A stretch of 64,000 bases of DNA from the human T2T-CHM13v2.0 reference genome, Homo sapiens: the NCBI RefSeq assembly GCF_009914755.1, contig NC_060942.1; one strand, 5' to 3'. Both the position numbers and the translations under genes were made by a program. Below are positions 40,561 to 56,150 of the stretch, in pieces (positions within the stretch are counted from its first letter, which is position 1; every line of letters starts with the position of its first letter). The notes below the pieces were generated by a model, which ran no database searches, had not been told where the DNA came from, and was given only the letters and a program-made list of their open reading frames with translations.

Positions 40561-42616
40561 GGTGGGGGCAGGCAGTGTGGCCGCAGATCTGCCCTGTTGT
40601 GTTTGCTGCTGTGGAGCCGGTTCAGCCCGGGAAGCTGGAATGCACACTTGAGAACCAAGTGTGTTTCCCTTCATGATCGCGCCTTTGGGGCTGGGTGTGC
40701 TGGCTCGGGACCAGTACAGGCAGGCAGCACTGGCTGACTGGTATGCATTTTGGTGAAGATGGAGCTCGGAGGTCACAGCTCTCATAGGTGTGCCACACAC
40801 GGGCTGCCCTCTGGGGACACCAGCTGCTGAGCTGATGGGTTGTAGCTTTCGGAAGGCTTTGGAGCTTGCTGGTTCACCCTGCAGACTTGGATGCTCCCAA
40901 GGCAAATACCAGACATCTCTGGGTGGAGTCTTAAGTGAAAAATAATCTGTGTAATTTCCCCATCTGGATATTTGTCGTCTTTAGAATAGGAAGGTGTGTG
41001 GAGTGTGTGGAGCTGGTGAAATTCTCCTGGTGTCTGTATGGTGTTGATGCACTGGCTCTCTGCAGAGGTGTGGGTGTTCCTGGCTCATGACCCTGAAGTG
41101 CTGCCAGCTCGAGTCTCCCTGGCACCTTTTCCCCGATACACCCAAGTTGCCCCCTGAGCACCTTCAGGAAGCCATTTAGGGAGCAGTAAGGGTCTTTCTC
41201 ATGTCCTGATACCATACATGAAGAACGCTTCTCTTTGAGAAAGGGTGCAGCATTGTTGCATTAGAGGATTCCTTATCACAGTACCAGGCATGTCTTCACT
41301 TCACAAAAGGATTTGTGGCAGGGCCACAGAGCTTTCTAAACTGCTCATAAAATATTGTTTGATTTACAGAGTTTGCTTGAATTCGATAGGAAATCGTCTG
41401 CTAGATATAATGAGATGCTTCTGATAACTGTCCGTCTTCATGTTCTTTTACTTTAGGAATTCAAAGTCTTGCCTGCAGCATGAACCCCTAGTGGCTCTGA
41501 GAGACACAGAGGCGTGGAATAGAGGGTAGTGTATGCTCAGTGTCCTGAGTTGCAGACATTGGAGTCCCCTCTGATGGTTGGGGTGTGGGGCTGTGGTTTT
41601 CAGGTACCTTACAGGATTTCCAGGACAGACAGAAACCAGCACAGACACCCAGGACCAACACAGTGAGGGTAACACAGCCAGGACCCACTTACAGCCATAC
41701 CCTGGGGCTCTTCCCATGGAAGTGCTGTTGACGCTGCCATCTGGGGCCCCCACCTTAGGCTTGCCAGAAGTTCTGATCTCCCCAGGTGTTACTTCCACCT
41801 CCAGGTTTCCCATGAGTGCTTCCACTTAGCAGAACCTAGGCCCCCTGTGGGAGCCTGGAAAATGTAGTTTTTAACAGTTACCTGGGTATCATGAGCTAGT
41901 CTATGGTCTCTGCCACAGTGGTTCACCAAAAGATCTGCCTGTCCCCAAACTGAACCTGGGGAGACTGAAGAACCCCAGATCAGGGAGAACTCAAGCCCCT
42001 GATCCAAGCCTGGCCGAGGAGGGAGCCCTCAGGGAACCACGGGTCGCTAAGAAGCTTAGAAGGTGCCTTCCTTCCCCATAGGTGTGCTCCTGTTAAGGAC
42101 AAGACAGTGTCTAGTGAGACTGCATAGATGTCCAAACGGATTTCCAAAGCCCAGGAGCTCTGGATTCAGTCAGGCCTAACTTAAAACCTCCTTTGTGGTC
42201 CCCCAGACTTAACAGAAACAGGGCCCTTGAGGCTCTGGCCTTGGCGTTCCTCTCCAGCCCTCTCTCAGCACAGCTCCTCTCTCAGCCCTAGCAAGCTACC
42301 CATAGTTCCTTAATGCATCAGGCTCTCCTCACCTTTGGGGATACTCAGCCCTCCCTCCAGGCAGCTTTCTCAGTGCCCCCCAGCACCTGTTCCCCCACCC
42401 CCAGCTCCACTAAGAGCCCCTTCCTGTCTCAGGGCTTATAATATACATTTTAACTTATTTTTCACTTGTGGGTGTGGATTGCATCTTAATCCTCAAGGTA
42501 TCTGCAGCACTGTGCACAGAAAGTAGTGGTCACTCTGGTTTTATGTGTTGGGTGAGTAGAAGCAAGGTTTCTGAAACTTTCGAGAATTGCTATGTTTATG
42601 AATATAGTGCTCACGT

Positions 42617-42743
42617 TCTCTCTCTCTCTCTGTCTCTCTCTCTCTATATATCTATATATAGATATATATAGATTAGATATATAGATATATATAATTAGAT
42701 ATATAGATATATACACAGATATAGATATAGATATAGATATATA
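42617..42743. repeat. Compound (TC)n / (TA)n / (GATATA)n simple repeat
   Basis: Direct reading of the sequence. Confidence 0.93.
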
Positions 42744-43397
42744 TTGCCCCAACAAAGGACAGCCGGACTGCTTCAGCAGAAGCAAGTGCATCTCTCAGGG
42801 TCCCTCAGCCTGGCACCTCATCCTTGAGGGCACCTCCATAAAAGGATGGAGTTGGATGGTTGGCCATAAGGAAGGCCCAGAAGGTGCTAACACGGATGAG
42901 CTGACATGGACCTCAGGGTCCTGCTTCTCTCCAAGTGACTCTGTCCCACCCACAGTGAAAGTCAAAGTTGCTAAGCCTGAAGTGACAAAAGAGGGCGTCG
43001 AGCTGCACCCAGATGCAAGTGCTAAGCCCCAGCGAGGCCCCTCCCACCCACTAGCCAGGTGACTCCCCCCGCATTAGCCTCGCAGCCTGTGCAGTTCTCT
43101 CCGATCACGAGTGCTCTGCACCTACAGAGCCGCTTACAAATACTTGCACCCTGAATGTTAAGCCCAAGGATGCCAAGGGCCTTTAGATAAGGTCACACTG
43201 GCTTCTGCAGTCTTTGCTCGAGCCCTGTTGGAATTCCCTGGCTTTTGGCTGACAGGTTTACCTAGTCCTCTACCAACTCAGGTTGTCTGAACATCTCCAA
43301 ACCAGCAGCATGTGAGCAACATGTAAGTCACACAGCCCCATATTGAGCAGGACATATTCAGATTGCATCTAGCCTAGAGTAAGAAGAGGGCATTTTT

Positions 43398-43857
<460 letters not shown>

Positions 43858-44449
43858 TTATTGCCAGGCCCTTCTGAAGCCCAGCATGGCCATCTCTAAT
43901 CAGGTGCATGTGTTAGGAAGCTGTCAGGACTTACTGGCATGCATTGAATAAAGACTGGGTATGGGTTGTGCCCACGCCTTTCAAATAACACAGCTGTTGA
44001 TCCCAGAGTCCCACTAATCATTACCAGGGATAGATTGCACGGCCACTTCTGCTTGGGGTGGCCCTGAGCTAATTCATTAAAGGGTATGTGAAGTGGAAGA
44101 TAGTTAAGGTAAAGGTAATGCCAGACCAAAAATGAGTTCCGTAGTAAGGAGCACTCTTCAGCTCAAATATAGTCTTTTAAAGCTGGAAGGAACTTGGAGA
44201 CTGTCGGCTTCCACTTTTTTTTTTTTTTTTTAAGCTGAAGAAGCCATTCTTCCAGTATCAGTTTACATAGAATTCCAATAAATAAAACAGCTAAACAGAG
44301 AGCTCTTCTGGAGAATCAGGAATGGGCACAAGTAGCCCATTCATCCCCACTCCTGCCATCCACCTCCTTTGGTGCCTCCATTAGGAAAACCACAGCCCTT
44401 ACCCATCCTTGCTGTCGTGTACCCATGGGCACCGGCGGCCAGGGAGGCA

Positions 44450-44630
44450 GTGTGGTGCTTGGGAACGAGCTGGCAGGCAGAAGCCTCAGTCCTGGGAAAT
44501 GAACTAGCCTTACTGACCCCAGCTTCACTCCTCCGTAAAAGGACTATAATGTCCACCTCAGGGAGATGAATGAAATAGTAAATGAAATATTATATGTGAA
44601 AGCTGTAGTAGATATTCATTAAGCATTAGT
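44450..44630 (+). mobile_element. MIR fragment
   Basis: cagcttcactcctccgtaaaaggactataatgtccacctcaggg...atgtgaaag. Confidence 0.55.
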
Positions 44631-44660
44631 TTCACTTCCATTTTTGTCCAGTCACAGAGC

Positions 44661-45266
<606 letters not shown>

Positions 45267-46221
45267 ATCACAGAGCTATTATGTTGCTCTTTCTAGATCT
45301 ACTTGAACTTAGCAGTTCCCAGTCAGGTTCACAGTGAGTTTGTCAGTGGTGCAATTCTACAAATAATGGATTCACCTTGAGATCTGCTTTTATTCAGTCT
45401 TTTTTTCCTCAATAGTACATGTTTCTTAAAGACTATTTGAAAAATGTATAAAAGTAAAAGGAAGATAACAATTATTGAGCCTCACCTCCTAAACAAAGCC
45501 ACCATTTACATTTTGGTCTATTTCCTTCCAGTCTTTTTTTTTTTTCTTAATGCATACACTTTATGGAACGTGAGGAGACCATTGTTTTGCTTTGATCTTT
45601 CTTGCTAAATCCTACCTTTCAAAACAAGCCCATTACAGAGAAGAGGAACAGATGTTGCCCAGCTTTTTCACTGTAACTGTAACATCAAACCTTCCCATAG
45701 CTGTAAACACTCTTCTCAGATGAAGCTTGTAAATTATGCCATTTTCTGGGAAGAGTCCCAGCCTTAAACCAGCTCCTTTTTCCTCAACTAACACTTGCCA
45801 AGGCCAGCCTGAATCTTTCTGCCTTTTATCCACATTAGTCACGGCCTTCTCTTTTCTAGTGTGGATTTGTGGTTTGGCTTGGTGACCCTCAGCTCACAAA
45901 ATGAGTTGCAAGCAACTTTCTCAACTTTCCTAAATAGGCAGACCCCACTTAGTAAACAGCTTGTCCAACACTTCTATCCAAGACCACTTCTCTTCCCCTC
46001 GCTTTCCAGCCCCCATTGTGGGCTACTGTGCCACCGCCATAGGGCCAGGAGTGGGAAACCTGGGCCCTGCAAAGGAATTTATGGATTTACATGTAGAGAG
46101 AGGGAAGGAATTGTGAAAAACAGGAATAGCTTAGGGGAAAGGGTCCTGGAGTCCTAAGAAGGAAAGGGAAGTTCAGAGAAGAAGGTGAAATAATACAAAC
46201 TTGACCTTTAAAGTGTTACTC

Positions 46222-46528
<307 letters not shown>

Positions 46529-49228
46529 TCAAGCCTGGACCAGGAAACCAAGAGGAGAGACTCAACTTCCTCCTATTTTTTTACCCTCATACACCCTCTG
46601 ACCTTTTGCTTCTATGACCCGAGCTCTTGTTTTTGCTTTTGGGCTGATTCAGTTACATTATAGGCTCAGAGAGCCTTGGGTAGGCTAATCTCCACTTACT
46701 GCATCAATGAAAAATGCATTCTGAGTTCCAACTTGCCAGCCCAGGAGCTTCTAGAGCACGACCCACTGGTGAGTGAGAGACTGCAGGTGTTGTATGGAGA
46801 ACTAGTCCTAGAATTGTCCCTATGCATAAGGGAACCGACACCAGCCACCAAGTGCTCTTTACTTCCTGAGATCTGGATGTGGGTTGGTATTTCTGTACAC
46901 ATGGATCCGACCAGAAGAAAGTAGGAGAGAACCTAGTAAACTTGAGATTGGAGGTTATGTGAAATCACCAAACTAGATGATTCCAGCAAAAAGAGTTTCT
47001 GTGATGTGTGTGTAGGTTCACACCCCTTAAGATAACCATACTTGACTGTATGATAGTCGCAGGAGTCACTTACTTACTACAGATGCATCAGAGACCATGT
47101 GATGAAGAAGATGGCTTCCCAGTGGAGTTGCAAGGTGCCTCTGGGGGGTGTGTTTTTAAATTGTCAACAGCTTCCACATGGTGTTTATATCCTTAACTTT
47201 TGGCATTGGGGGCATTCAGATGAGGTCATCCGCTTGGGTCCATTTCCTGAGTGTTGATCATTTTGCGACACAGAGAACAGCGTCTTCTATTCTTAGAGCC
47301 TTCAAGCCTAAATGCTCCCTGCCTGGCTCCAGGCCCATGCCCCCTTCCTCCCCACCCACTTTCCCCAGAAAATTTTTGTTGTGGAAAATTACACATTCAC
47401 AAATTGTGTTTCTTTCCTCACACCAAGCATATTCCCACACAGAGACAGATTCTGGAATGATCTCATGGATGACTCATGCCATTATCTGGCTGTTTATAGG
47501 AGCTGCCTTTAGACAAAGATTTGGTCATAAGCTACGTTAAGACCCCTTCATTGTCTGCCAGTTGCCCTTGCAGGGGATGGCTTATGGCTTATCGATGGAG
47601 TCCTGAGTGGGAGTGGGAAGGGACTTCTAGACTAAAAGCTGCTTTTGACTTCACTTTTGTCCATCAACTGTGGACCCTGTTCCATTGTCTCTGAACTCTG
47701 GAGGCACCTTCTGCTTGATGTCAGCAAGCAGGCCTGGTCCAAGATGGCAGCTGCACTGTATCGGAAGGGCAACAAACGGGACTCTTAAGCTAAGGGGAAG
47801 ACTTGTGTCGTCGACTTCCGGCCCATGTGTAATCTCTTAATTAAAATTTAGCTCACAAGTGGTATTTCCTTTCGTAATCCAGCTTTCAGGCTTTGCTTTA
47901 GGTGCAGGAAATCTCTCACTCCTTATTCTCTTTGAAGGGTCTGGAAATCCTGTTAATATTTAATTGGCTTTTAAATTATTGACACATCAAAGTGTTCAAC
48001 CTATTGTTGTCCTTTGAAGAGCTAGCGCCTAGTGGAGCTCCTGGCAGGTGTTCCAAGTTCTTGGGCTTAGAGCACCATTAGAGAAAGGATGGTGGAGAGA
48101 AGTCAGGACCACTCCATTTTGGAAGCAGAAAGCCTTGGAACCTAGTTAATTGGATCACACTTTTTCCATCTAGTTTCCAGGTGTTAGATATTTAAGTCTT
48201 GTCTTTTTTTAAGAGAGTAATATTAATTAGTTCATTGATCATGCTCCCTGAGGAAAGGGCCATAGCTTGAACTTCTTGTTATCTAATAGGGAATCTTGTT
48301 TTCCTGTCAGAATCTGTTTCATGCATTATGGCTCAGTGAGCAGCTGGCTGGGCCTCTGCCAGGGAGCCACAGAAGAGGAAACTAAAAATCATTTTGCCTT
48401 TTACAAAAGATGAAGTCCAGAGTCGGCCGTTTTATGATTAATAATGACCTAGGTATTCCCCTTTGGCCCCAAGATAGCTAGATTAGCCACCTGCTTTGAT
48501 CAGGTGACTCCACAGCTGTGCATGTGTGCTTTGTGCTGAAGAAGCCAAAACTAAGACAGGGGTCCAGGGGTTTCTAACAGTGAAATTACAGGCATTCAAG
48601 GAGAGCTACATTAAATTAATTTTGGTGCCATCCTATGAAGGATGAGTTTACACTCCCAAAATGAACCAGCCTGTTTTTCTGCTCATTGCTTAACGGTATA
48701 ACTGCTGCTTGGCTGTCTCCCCAAATGTGCTTTTACCTCCTGTTTTAATCCCCACCCCCATCTTCTGAGTCCCTCCCTTTTACCCCCTCCAGTCACTCCC
48801 ACTCCCCCACCCCCGTGGGCCAGTTTTAAATGTCAGCCTTTGTTTAAAAAAAAAAAAAAAAAAAGTATATATCTTTGTGCTGGATTTTCAGTGTGCTTGT
48901 TGCCTACAGCCTCTGCAGAAGTTCACAAACTTGCACAGAATGTGAAAGCAGCTCCTCTAGGTACATGTGGCTAAGCTGCAGCGCTACCCAGGACTGTAGA
49001 GAGAAGGAATGACAACCTTGCATCGTCCACAGTTCCTTGCCAGTAGTTCAGTTAGGGTGTCTGTAGAAATGAGATCACTTCCTATAACCTGACTAACCGT
49101 GTTCACCTCTGAGTAAAAGCTGCAACATTTTAACCTAATATACACAACTTTAGACAATATTCATGTGTAGTATTTGAACTTGCCTCTATGCCATTTTTAA
49201 AAGGAAGTGGAATATAAGTAAATTAGTA

Positions 49229-49610
<382 letters not shown>

Positions 49611-50189
49611 TTAATTACTTTCAGCTGCAGTTCGACATTCTCTAGCTCTATTTCCTGGTGCTGGAGAGTTAGTGCTGGCATTTCAGCCAAACAGATATTT
49701 CTATTTTTAATATACCATTTTAATGAGAATTCAGAACAATGATCTTAGAAAATACCAAGATTTCATCACACTCCACTGGGACTTCTGCTTCATTCTTTCT
49801 CACTGGAGTTTTTAAAAGATTCTTTTGGAGCGAATCTCCACCATTCAGAGTTCCTTTCTGCATGCAACTCCAACGTTCTAGGCTTCCAAAAGAGAGGGAC
49901 AGCAAAGACCATGGGTCTTGCCTGCTTTTCACTCACACATAAAGACTGAGCAGTTGCCTGAGCTGTTAAGCTATGTGGCACAATGTGAAACTGCTGTTTA
50001 TGGGGGTCAAGTACGACCAAAGAACAGCAATTTCATGTTTCATGTTAATATCAGAAAGATTCCAGCAACATTGATCAGAGCCCTTACCTAAGAAGAATGA
50101 ACCCGGAAAAGTTTGTCAGCCTCTTTGTGAAAGATGTATTTTTTAGATCCCAAGAGTCTTAACATATACAAATTAAAAAGCTATGAGAA

Positions 50190-50509
<320 letters not shown>

Positions 50510-51329
50510 TTAGAAATGAGATCTGTTTTGTTTTCTGTGGACGGCTGACTATGCCCACGCCTGTACGTGTATGCTCTTAATTCCAGGCCAGCAAAATGGT
50601 AGCCCTGAAGTTAGTGATAACCTCTCCCTGAATCTGAGGGAGGAAAAGCGTGGAAAAGTTGCCCTCTGCCATCACGAAGCTGTCAGTGTTCTAGAGCTGA
50701 GATGATATTTATTACTGTATCAGCGAAGTTTTGAAGTGTGACTAGCTTTGGCGTACAAGAAATACCTCATTTCTTCTTTTTAAATCTACTTAATATGAAC
50801 TGTAAACCCCCCTTCTACAAGGCTGAGGGGAAATTGAGACTCACTTTTCACTGGGCATTCCTCCCTCCCCATCTCCAGTATTGTGCAAAGAAGGGCCTGG
50901 AACCTACTGTAATGCCTAGGATTTGGGGAACACATGCTGGTTGTTGTTCCTTTGGTTGCCCTAGCACTGCCAAAACTGTCACACCCGCCCCGTGACCCCT
51001 CCAGGCAAAAAGATCTGCTGCTCTGTGCCAGATGTGAATTACGAATCTTTATCATGGCTGGGAGCCCTGTTCTTGGGGTGCTGATGGTGCAAGGCATGGG
51101 TCCCATTTGATCATGGACCCCATGGTCATTTCCCTTCCGACTTAGGTGAATCTTGCACTGCTGCTCCCTCTGCAGTGGCCTGTAATTTAAACATCCCCAG
51201 AGGCAATAGGCAGAAAATAGGCCACTCTTGGGAAGAAAACTGGGAGACCAAATCCATGTCACTGAGTATCTATGACTATATTATCTTGCCATAGGAACTT
51301 ATAAAATAAGGGTAGCAAAAGTCCTGCCA

Positions 51330-51525
51330 AGGAAGCACTGGGTCTTAGTAGTCACTAGCCACATGTGGCAATTTACATTTAAATTAATTAAAATTAAATA
51401 AAAATTCAGTTTCTCAGTCAACTGTTCACATTTCAAGCACTTAGTTGCCACACGTAACCATCGTATGGAACACGGTAGATAAGGACCATCTCCGTCATCA
51501 CAGGAAGTTCTGTTGCGTGGCACTG
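51330..51525. mobile_element. MER3 (hAT-Charlie) fragment
   Basis: gtagtcactagccacatgtggc...tttaaattaattaaaattaaataaaaattcagtttctcagtc...cacatttcaag...catcacaggaagttct. Confidence 0.75.
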
Positions 51526-53224
51526 GTCTGTAACAAGCCTCACGTGTCTCCAGTAGCAGTTGAGGGTGGCCCCACTATTCTTGCTTATTTTCTTACTCGG
51601 CTTAGCCTTAGCAATTTAGAAAGTAGAATGACGTAAGTAGAAAGCCAGGGGGAAGTGGTGACTGCAGTGAGTCACGTTATTTCTCGAGGGACCAGTTCTG
51701 TGGGTAGGGTTGGTGGAGCCTTGCCCGTCTTTCTTGTGGTCCCAAGTGTCGCTGAGACGCTTGGACAATCCACTGGAATCCCTGTTTCTAAGAATCCCTG
51801 TTTCTTTAAATGGGTTTGGGTTTTATCTCATGGAATAGAATCTTGGACTTTATACGAGCACATGACTATATTTTTTTTTTGTTAGGGCTTCATTTCCTTT
51901 GGAGGAAATGCCAAGAAGGGGAGTGTGGAAGAGGCGCGACTGGTTTGGTTCTGTTAACTGTGATGTGTGATGTGCACATTTGGCGGCAGGCAGACAGCTG
52001 GCCAGGACAAGGCTGCCCCGGGGAAGCAGTGAGCCTGTGAGCAAATTGAAGACAGATGAAAAGGGGCACAGTGGAAAATCACCCAAGTTTCATGCCATCT
52101 GCATGTACCAGTACCGGCGAGACAGCAAAGAGCCACACTAGCTCAGCTCAGTAAATAGTTCGTTACATATCAGACGTTGTATAGACAGGATATGAAAATG
52201 GACTGAGACTGCCCCTGCCTGCAGCCAGCTCTCCATCTGAGAACCCTCTCAGTATGGGCTTATTGGAATTCTCCTTATTTCCCTTGGCCTACTCACTCCA
52301 AAAAGATATTCCCTACTTCTCTCTTAATTTCAGCCCTAAGTAACATTCTCCATCTGGCAAAATGGAAACAAGGAGAAAATTATTTGGGAGTTGGGAATTT
52401 GAAGACCATGCTTGCTGGCTTTGGCTTTGGAAAAGTAGGAAGCCCATGGAACTGAGCTGCTGGTCCTTGAATGAAAAGGAAGACACTGCTGTTTTTGTCC
52501 TGCTCTGCATGTGGTCAGTCCCCTCCCTCCCTGCCCACCGCAGGTATTTTTGCTTCATTGCCTTGTTCACGTTTTTGCTTTGTAGGCACTTCCCTATGCC
52601 AGTGCCCCTGTGCATTCATCATCTCCATCCTTAATTGCTTTAAGAAGCCTTTTGAGAATCGCCCTGGGGTGCCTGCATAGCAGCTGCAGCAGTAGGGCAG
52701 ACGGTCTTGTGGGTGTGAACAGAGTTGGTTGTTGGCTTTCTTCTGCATGACTTTGGTGTCGATTCTGAACGGGACTCCAGAGATGTTTTGAGGGTGGCAC
52801 TACCATGGCCTCCCAGGAAGCCTGCTGTGGAAATGCAGCACTTACTGGGCACAGAAGGTCTTGGGCATTTCTGTTAATTAGACTCCACATTATGGGTAGG
52901 ATAAGGGAGCCGGCTCATTCATGTAATGCCCAGAGACTAGGATGATGGCTCAACAGAATCAGAGCATCCCTGTTTTTTTTTCTATATTGGAGGATAGCTT
53001 TTTTCCCTTCTCTTCTCACCACTCGCTTGGCTCCCTCCTCTCTTCTTACCTGATGACTTTGTCTTTGGCTGGGAGCAATTTGCCCCTGCCTTATATTCGT
53101 TCTTGCATAGGTTGTAGGAGATGACCCCTGAATATGGTCCCTCCATCCAGGCCACACAGCAAGTATGCTGTGGGTCTGAGGTGCCTTTGACTAACAGGCA
53201 CTGGATGTCAGAACATGAAGACCT

Positions 53225-53390
53225 GGTCATTCCCAAACATGGCTGCAGTTTAGAATCGCCTGGGGAGTGTTTAAAACTCCTGGTGTCCAGGTCACAGCCC
53301 ATGCCAACTGCCTGGGGGTGGGAGCCAGATAACAGTTTGTCAGAGATCCCCGTACAATTCTGATATGTGGCAAATTTTAAAAATTACCGT
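53225..53390. mobile_element. MER5A fragment
   Basis: cccaaacatggctgcagtttagaatcgcctggggagtgtttaaaa...ggggtgggagcc...aattctgatatg. Confidence 0.65.
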
Positions 53391-53479
53391 AGGGGAAGGG
53401 TGTGGTCCTTTGAGGTGTGAGCAGTTACACCTGAGCATAGGTCCATCTTGCATCTCCACGGCAATGTGATGTACTAGAA

Positions 53480-53662
53480 ATGACATTGGATGAACTCTCC
53501 AACCTACCGTCCTGGTGACCTTGGCAATCTCCCAAGGGCCTCAGTTTCCTCCTCTGTAAATTGGATCAAAATAGTAGTACCTTTCTCATAGGGTCATCTT
53601 AAAGAACCAAAGAAATGATGTGTGAGTCTTTGGAAATAGTAAAGTGCTAAATAAATGCTTGT
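53480..53662 (+). mobile_element. MIR fragment
   Basis: gtgaccttggcaa...ggcctcagtttcctcctctgtaaattgg...atagtacc-type...tcataggg. Confidence 0.7.
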
Positions 53663-53664
53663 TT

Positions 53665-53830
53665 GGCCAGGCATGGTAGCTCACACCTGTAATCCCAGCA
53701 CTTTAGGAGGCCAAGACGGGAGGATGGCTTGCGCCCAAGAGTTTGAGGCTACAGTGAGCCATGATCACACCACTGTACTCCATCCTGAGCAACAGAGCAA
53801 GGCTTCATCCCTGAATGAATGAATGAATGA
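53665..53830 (+). mobile_element. Alu monomer (FRAM/FLAM) with (GAAT)n tail
   Basis: Single Alu arm followed by tgaatgaatgaatgaatga. Confidence 0.85.
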
Positions 53831-54034
53831 TTACTTGTTATTACTAGAGATTATTCCTCTATTAAAAGATATTCATTTTCTAGGTGGTCTGTCAAGGTAG
53901 AAGTGACTACTGTGGCATTAATTCTTTCATCACCAACAATAAACCCAGTAGGTGTTTAGGATAAGAATTCATTTCTCCTAAGAAAGGGGAGCAGCAAGGA
54001 GAGGTGGTCTCATGCAGCATTAGAAAGAACCCAG

Positions 54035-54345
<311 letters not shown>

Positions 54346-54706
54346 AGAACCCAGCAGCTAGATCCCAGCAAACTGTGGTCCCACGATGCCCAGGGAATGC
54401 TCTCTGGCCTCATGTTCATTGGCCGTCTCTAGGAATATAAGGGGCCTCATGGAAGAGGGAGGGATGTCTGTAAACCATCAGCTTCATCTTCAGGCTTTCT
54501 GTTCAGTTGGATTTCATTTATGTCAAAGTGGTTGCAACAAGGCATCACTGGCAAGCGCCCGAAGAGGGACAACGGGCTGTCCCATCACCAGGGCTCACCT
54601 GGTCATTTTCATCGGTGTGACTGTGTTGTCTCATGGAGTAAGCATCCTCATGGCTCTTTGAGGTGCACACAAAAGCATTTTTTTTTCCTCTGACTTGTCC
54701 TCCCAG

Positions 54707-54803
54707 GGACTTGAAGTTGGACGGAGGAAGACAATCAACTGGTGCAGTGAGTTTGAAAGAGATCATTGGTCTGGAAGGTGTGGAGCTGGGTGCTGATGGG
54801 AAG
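54707..54803 (+). CDS. CABLES1: CABLES1 coding exon 5 (97 nt, phase 2/0)
   Basis: Acceptor cttgtcctcccag|G and donor AAG|gtaagg; encodes DLKLDGGRQSTGAVSLKEIIGLEGVELGADGK. Confidence 0.96.
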
Positions 54804-55993
54804 GTAAGGCTGCCAGGCTGCCAGTCACCAAGTTGTGCTGAAGGCACAAGGGTCAGGAAGCAGAGGAGGGGGGCAGCCCACAAGCCTCTCTTGAGGTGGA
54901 GGACTCGAGGTCTGGGGCAGATTCCCAGGCATGTGATGCCAGCCTGCCCGGCTCCCCTAGTGTGCAGCCGGTGATTGAGTAGCAGCATGGCAGGAGTTCC
55001 CACAGCATGTGTATTTCTCTGTCAGTGCTGTTTACAACTGAATGTACAGTTTTGAGTACCTCACACACAGACATGTTCCAGGATGGAATGACGAATGGAT
55101 TGAACATCTATTAACTAGTGGTGTCAGCAAGCAATATTCAGGCTACTAGAAAGTGTCATAGCTTCCCATGGTCCTGGGAAGCTAAGAGACCCTCAGTCTT
55201 ACACTGTGACCACAGAGCCCCAGGGCGGTCACATTCCTCTTCCATCCACATGCAACGAGTCGTGGGGTTGAAGTCTCAGGAGTGAAAGGTTGAAAGATGA
55301 CCCTGCCCTTTGTGCAGGGTCCAGACGGTCCTCATCAACCCTTTCAAAATCTGTGTATGGCAATGACGCAAGTGTTTCTTGGGGAATCTGTCCCGGGGTA
55401 GTTTGTTTGCCGATGAGGCTGCTGGGAGCTCAAGGTGTAGATAGAGCGCATGTGAGATGCTCGCCTGGGCAGGTGAAAATCAATGCACTTGCTCTGTTCA
55501 CCCCTAACGAGGAAGTGTTCCCATAGGAGCCAGGAAGGATGGGATGGAGTGGAGGGTCATATGTGGCGTCTGCCAGAGGAGCAGGGTAGGAGGCCATGGC
55601 CCTCACCAGGGACTCTTGGGGCCTGAAGTGTTCTGGGCTTCTGCACTTGGATTATAAAAAGCAATGCAGCGTGTGCCTTGTGGATTACACAACACCACAG
55701 CAGGTCCTGAGATAGTACCTTATAGTCAAATACATTCACATTTCTTCCATGTAATAGGAATAGTCAGACCCAGTGGGATAAATTAAAACTCTGTAGCCTT
55801 ATGTCAGTTCAGGTTGGGTGTTGGCACCAATGAGTACCAAAACAAATTTCATTTTTCAGATCTCATTGAATTTCAGAATTGCAAATAGGAGAAAGTGGAC
55901 CTGAATGTGGGGTGACAACTGTAGCTTGATCAGAATGCAGAGCTAGCAATGCCTGGGAATAATCACTGGCCTGTTTTTGTCTTCACCTTTTAG

Positions 55994-56150
55994 ACTGTTT
56001 CCTATACCCAATTTCTGTTACCCACAAATGCCTTTGGAGCCCGGAGAAATACCATAGACTCCACCTCCTCTTTCTCCCAGTTCCGTAACCTGAGCCACCG
56101 CAGCCTCTCCATAGGCCGGGCAAGCGGCACCCAGGGGAGCCTCGACACAG
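55994..56150 (+). CDS. CABLES1: CABLES1 coding exon 6 (157 nt, phase 0/1)
   Basis: Acceptor cttcaccttttag|A and donor CAG|gtaacc; encodes TVSYTQFLLPTNAFGARRNTIDSTSSFSQFRNLSHRSLSIGRASGTQGSLDT(G). Confidence 0.96.

Noticed and set aside
54804-54974. In-frame read-through beyond exon 5
   Set aside because: Strong consensus donor (AAG|gtaagg) and no nearby poly(A) signal noticed.
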